Below, in pieces: positions 5,022 through 6,980 of a stretch of 6,980 bases of DNA. Numbering within the stretch: position 1 is the stretch's first letter; each line of letters opens with the position of its first letter. The stretch lies in NCBI GenBank assembly GCA_027437055.1, contig DAIAOV010000137.1, positions 1 through 6,980 of the forward strand, in the 5' to 3' direction. The position numbers and the translations under genes were made by a program. Under the pieces are notes generated by a model, which worked only from the letters and a program-made list of their open reading frames with translations, had not been told where the DNA came from and ran no database searches. Source of the stretch: Legionella sp. Lineage in GTDB: Bacteria > Pseudomonadota > Gammaproteobacteria > Legionellales > Legionellaceae.

Positions 5022-5026
5022 ATAAC
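4999..5026 (+). promoter_or_regulatory. Candidate promoter of the 331-aa gene with repeat R3 as its spacer
   Basis: TAGACT (4999-5004) is followed by a 16-nt spacer and TATAAC (5021-5026). The spacer GAAAAATCCGAAAAAA is the core of repeat R3. Confidence 0.4.
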
Positions 5027-5097
5027 CTAGTAACACTAACACAGCAATCGACAATTCGTCACATAAGTCTGAGTTAGATTTTTTGGAGAAATTTATC

Positions 5098-6093
5098 ATG
5101 GGTAAAATCGAAAACTTAAGTAATGTATCTAATAGTCAAACAGTAGATAATGCAGATAACTGTAAACAAGTCTTTAGCCTAAAAAATCTCTTTGGCGCTA
5201 ATACTACCGTTAACAGCACAGTAATTCGACCAAGTCTAATTAAAGATCAGGAAAAACAGATCATTAATGCAATTGAACAATGTGACTTAATTGCAAAAAT
5301 GAATAAAGAATTTCATGATCAATACATAGTACGCGGCAATCAAGCACTATATAAGATTCTTAGTAACATTTACGAAGTTGCAATTAAGATTGATTTGTCT
5401 ATAGCAAAAGATCAGATCTACAAGAAAATGCGTGAAATACTAAAAGAACGCGGTATTAAAACCCAAACGAACACTCCTAACCTTACTGTTTTGGTCAAAT
5501 ATATCGTTGGCGGGGATCGTAAGACTGCTACAAACTATACGAGGGTACTTAGTGTTGCTATAGAAGAAAATATTGCTGTTAACGAATTGGCTGAATATAT
5601 TTCTCGTCGAGGTGGTATTGGTCAAATTTATGAAACAGAACAAAAACACAACGCTAAAAAATTAGCCAATGAGTTTAGTAATGATCGGTTAACGCTTTTA
5701 CGCGAGTATTTCTTGCTAAAACAATGGGAGGTTAATAAACATTTTGAATTTGATGAACCTGTAGTTATCCATAATGCTGATAAAAAAACGAGTGCAGAAA
5801 CTGGAGATTTTTGTGTTTTCTTAACAGTATGGGATGATAAATCCAATGTATATAGAATTGTTTCTGCTAATGATTTAGGTAAGACTTATGAAGATTCACT
5901 TTTACGCCTAATGGTAAAAGATGCACCTAAGGACATCCAAACAATCAAATCTGGTCTTATGAACTACAAACGAGCCCTACTTAAAAAAGGCTTGTTACCA
6001 GACATGTTAGCGGAAATAACAAAAAAGGAAATTACGGATGCTAGTAAGTCTGATAAGAAAAAACAAACACCCGTAGTTATTGAACAAGCTTAA
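5098..6093 (+). CDS. Hypothetical protein (331 aa), family not recognised
   Basis: A GGAG (5085-5088) lies 9 nt before ATG 5098. The track start, TTG 5083, overlaps this Shine-Dalgarno and is unlikely. The long ORF ends just before a strong terminator. Confidence 0.85.
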   Translation: MGKIENLSNVSNSQTVDNADNCKQVFSLKNLFGANTTVNSTVIRPSLIKDQEKQIINAIEQCDLIAKMNKEFHDQYIVRGNQALYKILSNIYEVAIKIDLSIAKDQIYKKMREILKERGIKTQTNTPNLTVLVKYIVGGDRKTATNYTRVLSVAIEENIAVNELAEYISRRGGIGQIYETEQKHNAKKLANEFSNDRLTLLREYFLLKQWEVNKHFEFDEPVVIHNADKKTSAETGDFCVFLTVWDDKSNVYRIVSANDLGKTYEDSLLRLMVKDAPKDIQTIKSGLMNYKRALLKKGLLPDMLAEITKKEITDASKSDKKKQTPVVIEQA

Positions 6094-6105
6094 GTTGTAC
6101 ACCTT

Positions 6106-6136
6106 GACACTGAGGCTGCCACCTCAGTGTCTTTTT
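6106..6136 (+). terminator. Rho-independent terminator between convergent genes
   Basis: GACACTGAGG (6106-6115) pairs with CCTCAGTGTC (6122-6131), a 10-bp perfect stem with a 6-nt loop, followed by TTTTT (6132-6136). The integrase stop codon is at 6138-6140 on the opposite strand. Confidence 0.8.
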
Positions 6137-6137
6137 A

Positions 6138-6980
6138 TTATGCCAACTTTTCCGCACTTAGCATAGGCGTTAATTTGGAGTAATGTCGCTCAATCATGCC
6201 TACACTAGTACCCATCTGTCTTGCCAGTGTATGTATATCAATCCCGTCAGCCAATGCAAAAGTAGCATAGGTATGTCTTAGGCTATAAAGCGTACGGTTC
6301 AAACCACTGCTGTCCTTTTTCAAGCCACTATCCCTCATTAGATTACGGAAAACTCCTTCCATTTGATAGGGATGATTTCCATCAGGAAAACAAAATATTC
6401 TTTTATCTAAATTATTCTTAATCACTGCATCCAAATTATCATAGGTTAATCCATGCCATTTAATGATTCTCTCTAGCGTATCTATAGCAGTATGTTTTGC
6501 TATCAAATAGCGTGGACCTGTTTTACCAGATACCCATATCCGTAAATATCGTTTATCCCCGATCCAGTGCCACTGTAGATGCCGCCATCTTAAAGGTAAT
6601 GCTTCTGTTCCGTGTCTTATGCCTGTATAAAGCAAGAATTCCACATATACACGACAAAGCCTGCGCATGAGTTTTTCCTGTCGCATCCTACCGCCCTGTT
6701 CCCAAGACTCCATAAAAGCCAATAGTTGATCTATTTCCTGCCTAGTAAAAGCTGGCCTTGCTTGGCTTGCACGGCCACGAGCGTCTAAACTTGGGACGAT
6801 AGTATGTGGAAATATCTGACCAGACTCTCTTGCATGGTTGATAACTCTATTAAATGCGCTGGCATGATTGCGTTTGGTGCTGGCTCTAGGCTCTTTAGAC
6901 ATTTCACTGATTCGCCATGACTCAAAATCTGCGATGATTTCCTGTGTGATTTCTTTGATGTCATATCTGCCAAAGAATGG
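6138..6980 (-). CDS. Tyrosine integrase of the island (5'-partial; N-terminus beyond the window)
   Basis: The catalytic-domain motifs are YTGIRHGTEA (Arg I), VSGKTGPRYL (Lys), YSLRHTYATFA (box II Arg) and MIERHYSKL (Tyr). Translating by hand upstream of the track start at 6902, the same frame stays open to nt 6980 (PFFGRYDIKEITQEIIADFESWRISE-MSKEP...). The gene therefore starts outside the window. Confidence 0.9.
   Translation of the reverse strand, partial: PFFGRYDIKEITQEIIADFESWRISEMSKEPRASTKRNHASAFNRVINHARESGQIFPHTIVPSLDARGRASQARPAFTRQEIDQLLAFMESWEQGGRMRQEKLMRRLCRVYVEFLLYTGIRHGTEALPLRWRHLQWHWIGDKRYLRIWVSGKTGPRYLIAKHTAIDTLERIIKWHGLTYDNLDAVIKNNLDKRIFCFPDGNHPYQMEGVFRNLMRDSGLKKDSSGLNRTLYSLRHTYATFALADGIDIHTLARQMGTSVGMIERHYSKLTPMLSAEKLA
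6780..6799. repeat. Copy C of the palindrome motif, inside the integrase coding sequence
   Basis: AGCGTCTAAACTTGGGACGA matches 4079-4098 (AGCGTCTAAACTTTGGACGC) at 18 of 20 positions. The first 13 nt are identical. On the minus strand it encodes ...VPSLDAR... of the integrase. Confidence 0.7.

Larger units (their letters stand above)
162..6980. mobile_element. Integrative genomic island inserted in tRNA-Phe (partial; continues beyond the window end)
   Basis: Composition drops sharply from ~64% G+C to AT-rich exactly at the truncated tRNA-Phe 3' segment. A tyrosine integrase gene lies at 6138-6980. The cargo consists of orphan genes. Confidence 0.75.

Noticed and set aside
5816-5824. TTTTCTTAA half-site inside the 331-aa gene as a partner for the 13-6-13 site
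   Set aside because: Only one 9-bp arm is present and there is no inverted partner at the correct spacing. A 9-mer of this AT-rich composition can recur by chance in this window.
2977-5846. Antisense shadow ORFs 2977-3180 (+), 4732-4956 (-), 5440-5649 (-) and 5628-5846 (-)
   Set aside because: Each lies wholly or largely inside a longer opposite-strand ORF that has a good Shine-Dalgarno and a recognisable or coherent product. Their Phe/Leu/Ser/Cys-rich sequences are typical of antisense reading of AT-rich genes.
6785-6973. 62-aa minus-strand ORF that might suggest a frameshifted integrase
   Set aside because: Translating by hand, the main integrase frame is open from 6902 all the way to nt 6980. 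The gene simply starts outside the window, and no frameshift is needed.
1-6980. CRISPR arrays, IS elements or transposases, rRNA genes and intact tRNA genes
   Set aside because: The window has no regularly spaced direct repeats with unique spacers. No transposase-like ORF or terminal inverted repeats are present. There is no rRNA-like sequence, and the only tRNA sequence is the truncated Phe fragment.

Overview
The window is an AT-rich, horizontally acquired segment next to a GC-rich flank. By hand count, nt 1-120 are 77/120 = 64% G+C, while most of the rest looks about 25-35%. At the junction (117-161, minus strand) sits only the 3' 45 nt of a tRNA-Phe(GAA) gene, from the anticodon loop through CCA. 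This is the classic att-type remnant left by a tyrosine-integrase island. A large tyrosine integrase lies at the far end (6138 to beyond 6980, minus strand, N-terminus outside the window). The cargo between them contains no phage-structural, conjugation or metabolic gene that I recognise. On the minus strand there is a co-directional run: a 146-aa basic protein, two tightly coupled small ORFs (48 and 55 aa, absent from the ORF track) and a 605-aa Ser/Thr/Asn-rich lipoprotein. On the plus strand there are a 193-aa (or 150-aa) orphan, a 188-aa tyrosine recombinase consisting of the catalytic domain only, and a 331-aa orphan. The most striking signal is a ~220-nt block at 2569-2788. It is 55% G+C in a ~25% G+C background and folds into six or more perfect hairpins. 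It begins just after a consensus TATAAT and ends in a strong intrinsic terminator on the plus strand, so I call it a candidate structured ncRNA. It fills exactly the gap between the 146-aa gene and the small ORFs. Other unexplained DNA-level structure includes a 13-6-13 inverted repeat upstream of the short recombinase and three copies of a 21-24-bp unit built into promoter-like elements. A 19-20-bp near-palindrome occurs three times, once inside the integrase coding sequence, and a dense array of NNTTGC hexamers lies upstream of, or inside the 5' end of, the 193-aa gene. None of the orphan proteins or the RNA could be assigned to a named family from sequence alone.
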